A DNA stretch of 64,000 nucleotides from Bacillota bacterium (GCA_050945755.1 JBMNTN010000002.1:1662-65661); one strand, 5' to 3'. Positions 45,364 through 56,048 are shown, counted from the first letter of the stretch. A program made the numbers and translations. The notes: generated from the sequence alone by a model not told the origin.

Positions 45364-46263
45364 ATGGTTAAAGTAAGAGTTCCCGCAACATCAGCAAACC
45401 TTGGACCAGGATATGATACTATGGGAATGGCTTTTAACCTTTATAACTATGTTACAATGGAAGAGAGCGGAACCGATTTAAGCATCTTGGTGCAAGGAGA
45501 AGGTAAAGGAGACGTTCCTCTAAACGATGATAACATTGTTTTCCAGGCTGCCTGCCAGGTTTTTCAGGAGGTAGATTATCATCCCAAAGGTCTAAAAATT
45601 TTACTTGAAAATAATATTCCGGTCGCGCGCGGGTTGGGCAGCTCAGCATCGATCATTGTAGGGGGATTGATGGCAGCCAATATTATTTCCGGAGAAAAAC
45701 TGGACAGGGAACACTTATTACAGTTGGCCATCAAAATGGAAGGACATCCGGATAATGTAGCTCCCGCCTTTTTGGGCGGCGTTGTAGTAACTGCCGGAAT
45801 GAATGAACAGCTTAAGTATATGAAAATTGAACCGCCCCTTGGTTTAAACGCAGTCGCTGCCATTCCCGATTTTCCACTGGCGACTAAAACTGCCCGGGAG
45901 GCAGTACCTAAGGATGTTTCCCTGTCTGATGCGGTCTTTAATATTGGGCATGCTTCTTTATTAGTTGCAGCACTGATGAAATCTGATTTTAATCTTTTGG
46001 GAAAGGTGATGGAAGACAAAATACATCAGAAATACCGGGCACCACTAATTCCCGGAATGGAGAAAGTTTTTGCGGCGGCAAAAAAGGCAGGAGCCATTTC
46101 TGTAACTCTCAGCGGCGCAGGACCAACATTAATAGCTTTTACTTTGGGAAAGGAAAAACAAATCGCTCAGGCTATGAAAGATGGTTTTGCTCATTTTAAT
46201 ATTAATTGCAGAACTATATATCTTGTTCCCGAAAGGGATGGCGCAGTAGTGATGCTTAAATAA
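45364..46263 (+). CDS. thrB: homoserine kinase
   Basis: GHMP kinase motif PVARGLGSSAS. N-terminus VRVPATSANLGPGYD. Confidence 0.92.
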   Translation: MVKVRVPATSANLGPGYDTMGMAFNLYNYVTMEESGTDLSILVQGEGKGDVPLNDDNIVFQAACQVFQEVDYHPKGLKILLENNIPVARGLGSSASIIVGGLMAANIISGEKLDREHLLQLAIKMEGHPDNVAPAFLGGVVVTAGMNEQLKYMKIEPPLGLNAVAAIPDFPLATKTAREAVPKDVSLSDAVFNIGHASLLVAALMKSDFNLLGKVMEDKIHQKYRAPLIPGMEKVFAAAKKAGAISVTLSGAGPTLIAFTLGKEKQIAQAMKDGFAHFNINCRTIYLVPERDGAVVMLK

Positions 46264-46326
46264 AACCGGTAAGAAAAAGAAATATACCGGAATAAACTTA
46301 ATATGGAGTTGGGGGAAGATAACACA

Positions 46327-47559
46327 ATGGGAATTGTTGTACAAAAGTTTGGCGGCAGTTCTGTTGCCGATGCAGAGTGTATTAAACGGGTTGCAAAGCG
46401 AGTAGGAGAAACATTTAAAGATGGGCATAAGGTTGTTGTCGTGGTCTCGGCCATGGGAGATACAACAGACTATCTTTTAGATTTGGCCGGTAAGATTACA
46501 GATAATCCTCCTAAGAGGGAATTGGATATGCTGCTTGCTACGGGCGAACAGCAGTCAATTGCCCTTTTATCTATGGCGTTAGACAAACTGGGTTATTCCG
46601 CAGTTTCTTTAACAGGTCAGCAGGCAGGAATTTTCACCAATCAAGTGCATGCCAAATCAAAGATTCTCTGGATAAATTGTGAACGTTTGGAAGAAGAGCT
46701 AACCCAAAATCATATTGTGATTGTTGCCGGATTTCAGGGGGTTACGGAAAGAAATGAAATTACTACTTTAGGCCGGGGCGGGTCAGACACCAGCGCCGTT
46801 GCTTTGGCGGCAGCGCTGAAGGCAGATGTATGTGAAATCTTTACCGATGTTGACGGAGTATATACTGCAGACCCAAGAATTGTCCCTGATGCCAGGAAGC
46901 TTGAGACGATCTCTTATGACGAAATGTTAGAATTGGCAAGTCTTGGAGCACTTGTTCTTCAGCCCCGTAGTGTAGAAGTGGCTAAACAGTTTGGTGTCAA
47001 GATACATGTCAGATCAAGTTTTAATCATAATCCAGGAACGATTGTTCAGGAGGTTAGGGAAATGAAACAACAAATGGAAAAGGAAATAGTGGTAAGCGGT
47101 GTTGCTTCAGACTTAAATGTTGTTAAATTTACGATATTCGATATTCCTGATAAACCGGGAACTGCCAGTAAATTGTTTCGCGCTCTCGCTGATGATATGA
47201 TTAACGTTGATATGATTATCCAGAGCCAGCAGCGGGATGACATTAATGATATTTCTTTTACTGTGACAAGAGATGACAGGGAAAAGACTAAAGAAGTGAT
47301 TGCAAAAATCAAAGATATCATTGGTGGCAGAAATTATTCCTATGAAAATAATGTGGCAAAAGTCTCCGTTGTCGGGGCCGGAATGATTACAAATCCCGGT
47401 GTTGCGGCAAGAATGTTTGAAACCCTGGCAGAAAACGATATTAATATTGAAATGATATCCACATCGGAAATCAAGGTTTCCTGCATCATTAAAGCTGAAT
47501 TTGCGCAAAAAGCGGTAGCGGCACTGCACAGTGCATTTGAATTAGGAGAGAATAAGTAG
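46327..47559 (+). CDS. aspartate kinase (monofunctional, two ACT domains)
   Basis: [20 protein letters not shown] motifs and tandem ACT domains. Confidence 0.9.
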   Translation: MGIVVQKFGGSSVADAECIKRVAKRVGETFKDGHKVVVVVSAMGDTTDYLLDLAGKITDNPPKRELDMLLATGEQQSIALLSMALDKLGYSAVSLTGQQAGIFTNQVHAKSKILWINCERLEEELTQNHIVIVAGFQGVTERNEITTLGRGGSDTSAVALAAALKADVCEIFTDVDGVYTADPRIVPDARKLETISYDEMLELASLGALVLQPRSVEVAKQFGVKIHVRSSFNHNPGTIVQEVREMKQQMEKEIVVSGVASDLNVVKFTIFDIPDKPGTASKLFRALADDMINVDMIIQSQQRDDINDISFTVTRDDREKTKEVIAKIKDIIGGRNYSYENNVAKVSVVGAGMITNPGVAARMFETLAENDINIEMISTSEIKVSCIIKAEFAQKAVAALHSAFELGENK

Positions 47560-47568
47560 CTTTAATTC

Positions 47569-47597
47569 TTGACAGGGTTGATTTTATGTTATAAAAT
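47569..47597 (+). promoter_or_regulatory. sigmaA promoter for tRNA-Pro
   Basis: TTGACA (47569-47574), a 17-nt spacer, TAAAAT (47592-47597). Confidence 0.5.
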
Positions 47598-47611
47598 TAT
47601 CAGTGTCGTTA

Positions 47612-47689
47612 CGGGGCGTAGCTCAGTTTGGCTAGAGCGCTACCTTGGGGTGGTAGAGGCCGCACGTTCAAGTCGTGTCGCTCCGACCA
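47612..47689 (+). tRNA. tRNA-Pro (anticodon GGG), CCA encoded
   Basis: Manual cloverleaf. Acceptor cggggcg/cgctccg, D arm gctc..gagc, anticodon arm ctacc-ttGGGgt-ggtag with G37. T arm gcacg-ttcaagt-cgtgt, then ACCA. Confidence 0.9.
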
Positions 47690-47700
47690 GTAAAATTTTA

Positions 47701-47728
47701 GAGTCGCAAAAGATTGCGACTCTTTATT
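47701..47728 (+). terminator. intrinsic terminator after tRNA-Pro
   Basis: gagtcgca-aaaga-ttgcgactc followed by tttattt. Confidence 0.7.
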
Positions 47729-47781
47729 TGTATTAGGGTTTTGCAAAATATCTAGCAGTTAGTTACTTTTTATATCCTTCT

Positions 47782-47982
47782 TCATATATCTTCTTCGGTT
47801 CCGGCGTCCATTGCGGTTCCATGTCCGGTATCGTCAATAAGATCTGTAGAATTAATTAAGGGGATGATGTCAGGTTCCGGTACTTCCAGCATGCCCAAAA
47901 ATTCAACGTTTAAATTATGCGGACCGGCAATAGTATCTCCAACAGGGATGCTAAGCTTTTGTTTATTTTCTTTATGATTCAT
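47782..47982 (-). CDS. small acidic hypothetical protein (66 aa)
   Basis: Strong RBS (GGAGGA 7 nt before the ATG). No family recognised. Confidence 0.45.
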   Translation of the reverse strand: MNHKENKQKLSIPVGDTIAGPHNLNVEFLGMLEVPEPDIIPLINSTDLIDDTGHGTAMDAGTEEDI

Positions 47983-48123
47983 GATGATATCCTCCTTTTT
48001 TATAGTTAAAGGGAAGATGAGATTTATTATGTATCATTGTAAAAACTATTCAATGGGACAAGGGAAGTAGTATCGTAAGATAATAGAACCGGCTCGAAAA
48101 TGTGACCGATTTTTTTTAAAAAT

Positions 48124-48561
48124 TTAATTAAACTGTACATCAATTCTCTTTTCCGGAAGATTTTTCTGTATGGGCATGCGAATCTCAAGAACTCCGTTTT
48201 TGTATGTAGCTTTAACATTTTCAGGAGAAACAGGAGAAGGCAAAGTAATGGATCGTTGGAAACGACCGATAAAGCGCTCCTGCCTATGAATATGCTCTTC
48301 TTTAATTTCATTAACCCTTTTAATAGTTCCACTGATGGTTAAGACGTTATTATCAATGTCTATGTTTATGTCTTCTTTTTTCTCAATGCCTGGGATATCA
48401 CATGAAGCAACTATTTCGTTATCTGTTTTGTAAATATCAACGTTGGGAATACCATATTGTTGTCCGAATTTTCCGGGGATAAAATCGTTTGTAAAGAAAC
48501 GGTTTAATTCCCTTTGCATATTTTCAAGATGTCGGAATGGTTCGTAAGGAATTAAAGACAT
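48124..48561 (-). CDS. Hsp20/alpha-crystallin family small heat-shock protein
   Basis: Alpha-crystallin domain with ATYKNGVLEIRMP. The start at MSLIPYEPF is preceded by GGAGG. Confidence 0.9.
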   Translation of the reverse strand: MSLIPYEPFRHLENMQRELNRFFTNDFIPGKFGQQYGIPNVDIYKTDNEIVASCDIPGIEKKEDINIDIDNNVLTISGTIKRVNEIKEEHIHRQERFIGRFQRSITLPSPVSPENVKATYKNGVLEIRMPIQKNLPEKRIDVQFN

Positions 48562-48669
48562 TATCAATACCTCCATGAGTTTAATTTATTAAAATGATTC
48601 CCGTAGCATAATTCTATTATGCGCTATTTTATCTGAAAGATTGGCTATTAGACCGCGCCATTTTTACAC

Positions 48670-48697
48670 TTGTCAAACTTCCAATTTGTGTTATAAT
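48670..48697 (+). promoter_or_regulatory. sigmaA promoter of the rimP-nusA-infB operon
   Basis: TTGTCA (48670-48675), a 16-nt spacer, then the extended -10 TGtTATAAT (48689-48697). Confidence 0.6.
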
Positions 48698-48735
48698 GGT
48701 TAAGGTATATATTTGAAGAAGATTGTGTCAAGGAG

Positions 48736-48760
48736 AGTGGGTTTAAGCCCACTTTTTCCT
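48736..48760 (+). terminator. leader terminator/attenuator about 35 nt downstream of the promoter
   Basis: agtggg-tttaa-gcccact followed by ttttccttt. Confidence 0.55.
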
Positions 48761-48882
48761 TTAAATCGGTGATTACTGTTTTCAGTAGAAATGGTTTTGA
48801 CCCCGCTATTTTAGTCAAGAATATTTTACCAGGTGCAGGGGTAATGATATAACATGGGTAAAGAGGTTTTAGGAGGATAAGG

Positions 48883-49347
48883 ATGTCGAAAGAGAACAAA
48901 ACAGAAAAGGTCGTGCGGGAACTGGTACTGCCATTAATTGAAACTGATGGCTTTGAACTGGTTGATGTCGAATATCAAAAGGAAGGAAAGAACTGGGTCC
49001 TCCGGCTCTTTATTGATCACGAAGAGGGTATAGACCTGGATGACTGTCAACATGTCAGTCATATTGTGAGTGAGATACTGGACGAAAAGGATCCTATTCC
49101 TCATCAATATTTGCTTGAGGTTTCATCCCCGGGAATTGAGAGACCGCTTAAGACAAAAAACGATTTTCTCCGCTTTCGCGGCCAAAAAGCTTTAATTAAG
49201 CTCTTTGTTCCCTCTGACGGTAAAAAGGAATTTACCGGGGAACTGTGCGGAGTAGATGATAATTATCTCGTAATTGAAACTAGCGATGGAGAAAAGAGAA
49301 TTCAACTTGACCATATCGCCAAAGCTCATTTGGTTTATGAATTTTAA
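48883..49347 (+). CDS. rimP: ribosome maturation factor RimP
   Basis: 154 aa. GFELVDVEY..EG...VLR.FID motif, upstream of nusA. Confidence 0.9.
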   Translation: MSKENKTEKVVRELVLPLIETDGFELVDVEYQKEGKNWVLRLFIDHEEGIDLDDCQHVSHIVSEILDEKDPIPHQYLLEVSSPGIERPLKTKNDFLRFRGQKALIKLFVPSDGKKEFTGELCGVDDNYLVIETSDGEKRIQLDHIAKAHLVYEF

Positions 49348-49408
49348 AATTTGCTGCAAAAGTTAAAGAGGTATTGGTTTTAAGATTAAAATTTCATAGG
49401 GAGGTTTA

Positions 49409-50452
49409 ATGATGAATGTGGAATTTATTGACGCCCTTAGAGAACTGGAGAAGGAAAGGGGCATTGCCAAAGATATTCTTCTGGAAACTATTGAAGCGGC
49501 CTTAATTTCGGCATACAAAAAAAATTTTGGTTCATCACAAAATGTTCGGGTAGAGATTGATCGGGAAAGTGGAGAAATTCATGTTTATAACCGTAAGGAT
49601 ATTGTGGAATCAGTGGAAGATTCTCGAATAGAGATATCTTTAGAAGATGCTCGTAAGATGAACCCGGTTTTTGAAGTAGGTGATATTTTTGAAACAGAGG
49701 TAACTCCCCGTACCTTTGGGCGGATTGCAGCCCAAACAGCCAAGCAGGTAGTTGTGCAACGCATCAGAGAAGCGGAAAGGTCTATTATTTTTGATGAATA
49801 TGTTAACCGAGAAGGTGACATTGTTACCGGGATCATTCAACGTTATGAGATGAAAAATGTTTACATTGACTTGGGAAAAACAGAAGCTGTTTTAATGCCA
49901 TCCGAACAAATTCCTCGGGAACAATATGAACAAGGAGAAAGAATAAAAACTTATATTCTGGAAGTAAAAAAAACCACCAAAGGGCCGCAAATTTTAGTTT
50001 CTCGTACCCACCCGGGCTTACTGAAGCGACTTTTTGAATTGGAAGTTCCAGAAATCCATGATGGAACAGTAGAGATCAGATCTGTAGCAAGGGAAGCCGG
50101 GGCTCGGTCAAAGATTGCAGTCTTCAGCAAATTTGAAAACGTTGATCCTGTTGGGGCCTGCGTTGGTCCCAAAGGCATGCGGGTACAGGCAATTGTGAGT
50201 GAACTGAAAGGTGAAAAAATAGATATTGTTAAATGGAGTGAAGATCCGGTAGTCTATGTTGAAAATGCTTTAAGTCCAGCTAAGGTCGTTTCTGTGATGG
50301 TAAATGCATCAGAAAAATTAGCGCAGGTTGTTGTTCCAGACTACCAATTATCGCTGGCAATCGGCAAAGAAGGACAAAATGCCAGGTTGGCTGCGAAATT
50401 AACCGGATGGAAAATTGATATCAAAAGTGAATCACAAGTAGGAGAACAGTAG
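49409..50452 (+). CDS. nusA: transcription termination/antitermination factor NusA
   Basis: N-terminal domain, one S1 and two KH domains (GACVGPKGMRVQ, AIGKEGQNARLA). Confidence 0.95.
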   Translation: MMNVEFIDALRELEKERGIAKDILLETIEAALISAYKKNFGSSQNVRVEIDRESGEIHVYNRKDIVESVEDSRIEISLEDARKMNPVFEVGDIFETEVTPRTFGRIAAQTAKQVVVQRIREAERSIIFDEYVNREGDIVTGIIQRYEMKNVYIDLGKTEAVLMPSEQIPREQYEQGERIKTYILEVKKTTKGPQILVSRTHPGLLKRLFELEVPEIHDGTVEIRSVAREAGARSKIAVFSKFENVDPVGACVGPKGMRVQAIVSELKGEKIDIVKWSEDPVVYVENALSPAKVVSVMVNASEKLAQVVVPDYQLSLAIGKEGQNARLAAKLTGWKIDIKSESQVGEQ

Positions 50453-50474
50453 GATTTAAGGGGGGTATGGGGAA

Positions 50475-50741
50475 ATGCGCATAAAGAAAATCCCCCAACG
50501 GATGTGTGTGGGGTGCAAGGAAATGAAAGCGAAAAGATCATTGATTCGAGTGGTGCGAACACCTGAAGAGACAGTTATTATTGATGCTACTGGGAAAAAA
50601 GCCGGAAGGGGTGCTTATATTTGCCCAAACGAACAATGTCTAGAGTCAGCTATAAAATCTAAGGGTTTAGAAAAATCCTTAAAAATAAAAATTTCCCCGG
50701 AGATTTATGATATTTTAAAGGAGCAACTACCGATAGAATGA
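50475..50741 (+). CDS. ylxR: YlxR (DUF448) family RNA-binding protein
   Basis: RMCVGC...LIRVV....GKKAGRGAYIC motif. Confidence 0.88.
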   Translation: MRIKKIPQRMCVGCKEMKAKRSLIRVVRTPEETVIIDATGKKAGRGAYICPNEQCLESAIKSKGLEKSLKIKISPEIYDILKEQLPIE

Positions 50742-51046
50742 AAGGTAGAGTAGAGGTGTTATTGGGATTCGCCCAAAAGGCCGGGAAAATTGTTACCGGT
50801 GAAGTAGGTTGCAAAAAAAGTATAAAACAGGGGAAGGCTTATCTTTTGATAATTTCCATGGATGCCTCGGACAATACCAAAAAAGAGATGCGCTTTTTAA
50901 GTTCTGCATATGGGATTCCATATGTAGAATGGGGAACGAAACAAATGTTAGGATTAAGTACGGGAAGGTCTCCACGCGCTGCTGCAGCGGTGTTAGACCA
51001 ACAATTTGCCAGTGCGATCGGTAAGTTGCTTTCTGGATCTATTTGA
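50738..51046 (+). CDS. L7Ae/L30e family RNA-binding protein (YlxQ-like)
   Basis: [14 protein letters not shown]...LLIIS.DAS.NT motif. Position between ylxR and infB. Confidence 0.85.
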   Translation: MKGRVEVLLGFAQKAGKIVTGEVGCKKSIKQGKAYLLIISMDASDNTKKEMRFLSSAYGIPYVEWGTKQMLGLSTGRSPRAAAAVLDQQFASAIGKLLSGSI

Positions 51047-51069
51047 GTAACAACTATGGGGGTGGTTTC

Positions 51070-53733
51070 ATGGCCAAGTTAAGAGTATATGAACTGGCAA
51101 AAGAATTGTCGATGGAAAGCAGAGAAGTAATTCGTCGCCTCGGGATAATGGGGTTGGAATTAAAAAATCACATGAGTACCGTTGATGATAAATTTGCTGA
51201 CCAGCTGAGGGAAATGGTGAAGCCCGGACCAAGCCGGACTTTTACACCACCATCTCAAACTGAGCAGTTGGTGAAAAAAACAGAAAAAAGAGGATCAGAA
51301 AAATCTCCTGACAGGAAGGAAGCTAGACAAAAAGTAAAGAATGATAACCGGGAACAGTCGCGAATGTCTCGAAGTGGCGATAAATCGTCATATAAACAGC
51401 TGGAAACAAAACTAAGTGAGCATAGCCCACGCAGGGCACAAGGGTCTCGGGTAGATGATAGGACTGTGCAACGGCAACCAGGGTCAAGACCCGGTGATCA
51501 AAGAACGCAAAAACACCAAGGAATGCAGGTTGGAGATAACAGGCAGCAGAAGTTTTCCGGTTCAAAAACTAATGAGCAAAAACCGTCAAGGTATCAAGGA
51601 TCAAAAACCAGTGATTATAAACCTTTAGTAAGGGGAGGAGAAACCGGGTATCAGAAGTCACTGGACGTAAAAAAGGATAATCTTCACTCTCGAACTCAAG
51701 GTCAAAAGTCCGATGAAAAAAGGCAACGGTCGAATGGAACGGATTCAAAAACTTCAAAACCTTTAGTACCTGATCAGCAGTTTAAAAAGAATACTATTTC
51801 TTCTGGGAAAAAACAATTTAAAACGGAATTAAATCAAAAAGATCTGCAAAAAGATAATAGAGGCAAGGGTAGAAAAAAATCAGAAATGGATCTTCCCAAG
51901 GGTAAGGGCAATCAGAAAGGCAAAGGAAATAAAAGACAATATAAAAAAGGAAATCTATCAAATAACGAAATCCCTGCTGCTGTACCCAAAAAAGTAGTGA
52001 TTGGTGAAAGTATTATTGTTTCTGAATTAGCCAAAGGTATGGGAAAAACTTCGGCGGAAATAATCAAAAAACTAATGGAAATGGGAACAATGGCCACCAT
52101 TAATCAGGAAATTGATGCCGATACTGCTGTTTTAATTGCTGAAGAATTTGCTATTCCTGTTGAAGTAAGAGTGGATAAAACCATGGAAATAATGGAAGAT
52201 CAGGAAGAAAAAGAGGAGGATTTGATCGAACGCCCCCCTGTTGTGACAGTTATGGGTCACGTTGATCATGGGAAAACTTCTCTACTGGATGCTATCAGAA
52301 AGGCTAATGTTATTGCCACCGAGGCGGGAGGAATCACCCAGCATATCGGTGCTTATCAAGTTGAAATAAATAATAAAAGGATAACTTTTTTGGATACACC
52401 AGGACATGAAGCATTTACAGCCATGCGTGCTAGAGGTACACAAGTAACTGATATTGCCATTTTAGTAGTGGCGGCGGACGATGGGGTAATGCCACAGACT
52501 ATTGAAGCAATCAACCATGCAAAAGCTGCTGAAGTGCCAATCATCGTGGCAATTAATAAAATTGATAAGCCAAGCGCTAATCCGGAAAAGGTTAAACAGG
52601 AACTAACGGAACATGGCATTATAGCAGAAGAATGGGGCGGAGATACAATAATGGTTCCTGTATCCGCAAAAACGCAGGAAGGTATCCCCCAATTACTGGA
52701 AATGATCTTGTTAGTTGCTGAAGTAGGTGAGTTGAAAGCTAATCCGAACCGTTTAGCCCGTGGAACGGTTGTAGAGGCAGAATTGGACAAGGGAAGAGGC
52801 CCGGTTGCCACTGTTTTAGTCCAAAAAGGGACACTGCATATCGGAGATAACGTGGTGGCAGGGACGACTTTTGGAAAAGTTCGGGCAATGATAGATGATA
52901 AAGGGCGAAGGGTTAAGACGGCCCGGCCTTCTACCCCGGTTGAAGTTTTAGGGTTTTCTGAGGTTCCACCGGCGGGAGAAGTTTTCGTAGCGATAGCTGA
53001 TGAAAAAGATGCTAGACATATCGCAGGTAAATATCAAATTAAAAAACGAGAAGAAGAATTGGGTAAAACTGCGCGAGTCAGCTTGGATGACTTGTTTAAG
53101 CAGATTTCAGAAGGAGAAGTTAAGGAGCTTAATATTATTATCAAGGCTGATGTGCAAGGGTCTATTGAAGCTCTGAGTCAGTCGCTAAATAAATTAAGCA
53201 CTAATGAAGTCAGGGTTAATACTATTCATAGTGGAGTCGGAACTATTACGGAGTCTGATGTTATGCTGGCATCTGCATCTAATGCCATTATTATTGGCTT
53301 TAATGTGCGTCCGGATACAAATACGAGGAAGGTAATAGAGGCTGAAAATATTGATCTTAGATTATACCGGGTAATTTATGATGCGATTGATGATGTGAAA
53401 GCTGCTATGGCCGGCCTTTTAGAACCAACTTTCAAAGAAGTAGTTATTGGACGGGCAGAAGTGCGTGCTACGTTTAAAGTTCCCAAAGTTGGTACAATTG
53501 CCGGTTCCTATGTTACGGAAGGAAAAATTACCCGTCAGGCAGGGGTTAGGGTGATTCGGGATGGAATTGTCATTCATGAAGGGAAAATTTCCTCCTTAAA
53601 AAGATTTAAAGATGACGTTAAAGAAGTGGTTAGCGGTTATGAGTGCGGGATTGGGGTAGAGAATTTCAACGATGTAAAAGAGAATGATGCCATAGAAGCT
53701 TTTATTATGGAAGAGATAAAGAGAGAATTGTAA
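51070..53733 (+). CDS. infB: translation initiation factor IF-2
   Basis: [14 protein letters not shown]-terminus, a long low-complexity linker, then G domain [12 protein letters not shown] / DTPGH / NKID. Confidence 0.95.
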   Translation: MAKLRVYELAKELSMESREVIRRLGIMGLELKNHMSTVDDKFADQLREMVKPGPSRTFTPPSQTEQLVKKTEKRGSEKSPDRKEARQKVKNDNREQSRMSRSGDKSSYKQLETKLSEHSPRRAQGSRVDDRTVQRQPGSRPGDQRTQKHQGMQVGDNRQQKFSGSKTNEQKPSRYQGSKTSDYKPLVRGGETGYQKSLDVKKDNLHSRTQGQKSDEKRQRSNGTDSKTSKPLVPDQQFKKNTISSGKKQFKTELNQKDLQKDNRGKGRKKSEMDLPKGKGNQKGKGNKRQYKKGNLSNNEIPAAVPKKVVIGESIIVSELAKGMGKTSAEIIKKLMEMGTMATINQEIDADTAVLIAEEFAIPVEVRVDKTMEIMEDQEEKEEDLIERPPVVTVMGHVDHGKTSLLDAIRKANVIATEAGGITQHIGAYQVEINNKRITFLDTPGHEAFTAMRARGTQVTDIAILVVAADDGVMPQTIEAINHAKAAEVPIIVAINKIDKPSANPEKVKQELTEHGIIAEEWGGDTIMVPVSAKTQEGIPQLLEMILLVAEVGELKANPNRLARGTVVEAELDKGRGPVATVLVQKGTLHIGDNVVAGTTFGKVRAMIDDKGRRVKTARPSTPVEVLGFSEVPPAGEVFVAIADEKDARHIAGKYQIKKREEELGKTARVSLDDLFKQISEGEVKELNIIIKADVQGSIEALSQSLNKLSTNEVRVNTIHSGVGTITESDVMLASASNAIIIGFNVRPDTNTRKVIEAENIDLRLYRVIYDAIDDVKAAMAGLLEPTFKEVVIGRAEVRATFKVPKVGTIAGSYVTEGKITRQAGVRVIRDGIVIHEGKISSLKRFKDDVKEVVSGYECGIGVENFNDVKENDAIEAFIMEEIKREL

Positions 53734-53748
53734 GGAAGGATGGGTACC

Positions 53749-54108
53749 ATGGCCAAGTATCGATTTGGACGATTGGGTGAAGAGTTTAAAAAAGAAATTT
53801 CTTCTATTATTAAAGATGAGGTCAAGGACCCGAGAGTTGGTTTTGTATCTATTGTTGACGTTCATGTGTCAGGTGATTTACGGCATGCTAAGGTTTTTGT
53901 CAGTGTTTTAGGTAATGAAACAGAAGTAAAAGAGACGATGGCAGCCCTCAAAAAGGCGACAGGGTTTATCAGGCGTGAAATAGCCCAAAGAATCCAACTG
54001 AGATATACTCCGGAGATTGTCTTTGTATATGACGATTCTATTATCCAAGGTACCCGAATATCAAAATTACTCGATGAATGCCTAACAAAAGGTGAAAAAG
54101 ATGAATAG
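53749..54108 (+). CDS. rbfA: ribosome-binding factor A
   Basis: R..R..EE.KKEIS.II...VKDPR.GFVSI..V.VS.DL..AKV motif. Confidence 0.9.
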   Translation: MAKYRFGRLGEEFKKEISSIIKDEVKDPRVGFVSIVDVHVSGDLRHAKVFVSVLGNETEVKETMAALKKATGFIRREIAQRIQLRYTPEIVFVYDDSIIQGTRISKLLDECLTKGEKDE

Positions 54109-55072
54109 CCTAAAGGAAATCGTTGATATAATTAAAAAAAGCGACAATATTTTGCTCACGTCCCATATTATGCCCGATGGAGATAGTATGGGTTCAGTAT
54201 TGGGTCTTGGTATGGCGTTGGAATCATTATCTAAAAAAGTTTATATGGTAATGGAAGATCCAATTCCTCAGCTTTATCACTTTTTAGCCGGCAGCAATAG
54301 GATAATTTCGCCTGATTCTTTTAAGGAGAATCCAGAACTGGTAATCTTTTTGGATTGTACAGAATATTCTCGGGCAGGAAGCGGTTGGTTTGAAAAATTT
54401 AATACAGATACTGTTATAATTAACATTGATCATCATATTAGCAATCAACATTTCGCCAAGATTAATTATGTAGACGGATCTGCAGCAGCAACTGCTCAGA
54501 TAATTTGTCAAATTTTAAAAGAAATGAACGTTCCCTGCTCTCAGGAAATTGCTACTGCCTTGTATGTCGGAATTGTCATGGACACAGGGTCCTTTAAGTA
54601 TCAAAACACTACCCCGGATACTTTGCGGAAAGCTGCTTGGCTATTGGAACAGGGAGTAGACCTTTCATTTATCAGGGAAAACTTATATGAGAATAAGTCC
54701 TTAAAAAGTCTGCAGGTTTTAGCATTAGCTTTAAACAACCTGCAGGTTTCATCGGACAATAAGATAGCATGGACAAGCCTTAGTAAAGAGGCACTTGATG
54801 AGCTTCAGGTTAAACCCGAACATTGTGATGGTATAGTTAATTATCCTATTTCAATTACAGGTGTACAAGTGGGACTTATGTTCCGGGAAACAGAGAACAA
54901 TACCATTAAAATTGGACTGCGCTGTCGGACCGGGAGAGATGTCAATAAAATTGCGAATTTCTTTGGCGGGGGAGGACATAAATTGGCTGCCGGATGTCAA
55001 GTAGATGGTCCGCTGGAAAAAGCCATTAAACAGGTGTTGGAGGTAACCCGTAAAGCATTAGGGGGTTCATAA
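54101..55072 (+). CDS. DHH-family phosphoesterase (NrnA-like oligoribonuclease/pAp phosphatase)
   Basis: HIMPDGDSMGS, NIDHHISN and GGGGH motifs. Confidence 0.85.
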   Translation: MNSLKEIVDIIKKSDNILLTSHIMPDGDSMGSVLGLGMALESLSKKVYMVMEDPIPQLYHFLAGSNRIISPDSFKENPELVIFLDCTEYSRAGSGWFEKFNTDTVIINIDHHISNQHFAKINYVDGSAAATAQIICQILKEMNVPCSQEIATALYVGIVMDTGSFKYQNTTPDTLRKAAWLLEQGVDLSFIRENLYENKSLKSLQVLALALNNLQVSSDNKIAWTSLSKEALDELQVKPEHCDGIVNYPISITGVQVGLMFRETENNTIKIGLRCRTGRDVNKIANFFGGGGHKLAAGCQVDGPLEKAIKQVLEVTRKALGGS

Positions 55073-55074
55073 GA

Positions 55075-55986
55075 ATGGATGGTTTTATTAATCTACTTAA
55101 ACCACCGGGTATGACATCCCATGATGCCGTCAACTACCTGCGCAATATTTTACGTTATAAAAAAATTGGTCATACTGGAACGCTGGATCCGGGTGCCGCC
55201 GGTGTTTTGCCAATCTGTCTGGGTAAGGCTACCCGGCTAGCGGAATATTTAACTGAGCTACCCAAGTGTTATCGAGCGGAAATTACTCTGGGGATTACCA
55301 CCGATACCCAAGATAGTTACGGAAAAAAAGAAAGGGTTTGTGCTTGTACTCAGTTGGAGCAAGAAAAATTTCTTCAAGTCCTTCCGGAATTCGTCGGGGA
55401 ACAAAAGCAGGTACCGCCCATGGTTTCTGCATTGCGAGTGGGGGGAAAACGACTCTATGAATTAGCACGGGAAGGAATTGAAATAGATAGAACACCCAGA
55501 ACAATTAAAATATATAGCCTAACTGTGGTAAAATTCAATTGGAGGTTAACCCATCCCAAAGTAGTAATAGATATTCAATGTTCCAAAGGTACGTATATAC
55601 GCACACTTTGTCATGATATTGGGGAGAGGCTAAAAGTCGGGGCGCACATGTCATATTTAATTCGTACTGAGTCGGGACCTTTTAAGATACAGGATGCTTA
55701 TACATTAGAGGAAATTATGAATTATGACCGGCAGGAAGAAAAGTTATTTATTCAACCTATGCAGGCGGGAATATGTTTTTTACCGGTAATCATGGTAGAC
55801 GATATTCAGGCCAAGAGTATTAAGCATGGCAATCCGGTTTCCCTATCCGGAAATAATTTTTTAGAAAATCAAATCTACCGCGTGGAAACAGGTGAGAAAA
55901 CGCTTTTAGCCATTGGAAAGGTTAGGATAGGTGCTGACTTGAAAATACCAGTACTTAAACCGCTTAAAGTCTTGGCATCTCAATAA
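55075..55986 (+). CDS. truB: tRNA pseudouridine(55) synthase
   Basis: GFINLLKPPGMTSHD and GHTGTLDP catalytic motifs. Confidence 0.93.
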   Translation: MDGFINLLKPPGMTSHDAVNYLRNILRYKKIGHTGTLDPGAAGVLPICLGKATRLAEYLTELPKCYRAEITLGITTDTQDSYGKKERVCACTQLEQEKFLQVLPEFVGEQKQVPPMVSALRVGGKRLYELAREGIEIDRTPRTIKIYSLTVVKFNWRLTHPKVVIDIQCSKGTYIRTLCHDIGERLKVGAHMSYLIRTESGPFKIQDAYTLEEIMNYDRQEEKLFIQPMQAGICFLPVIMVDDIQAKSIKHGNPVSLSGNNFLENQIYRVETGEKTLLAIGKVRIGADLKIPVLKPLKVLASQ

Positions 55987-56048
55987 AGATTAGTTTTGTA
56001 TTAAGAGGTTTTTAATAATATTACAACGCAGTTAAGGGAGAGAGCAGC

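Noticed and set aside
48648-48899. 83-aa minus-strand ORF spanning the hsp20/rimP intergenic region.
   Set aside because: It covers promoter and terminator elements of the rimP leader, overlaps the rimP start and has no RBS.
51280-52000. Repetitive DNA in infB considered as a possible minisatellite or CRISPR-like array.
   Set aside because: The repeats are degenerate, lie in frame within the IF-2 linker, and lack any spacer/repeat regularity.
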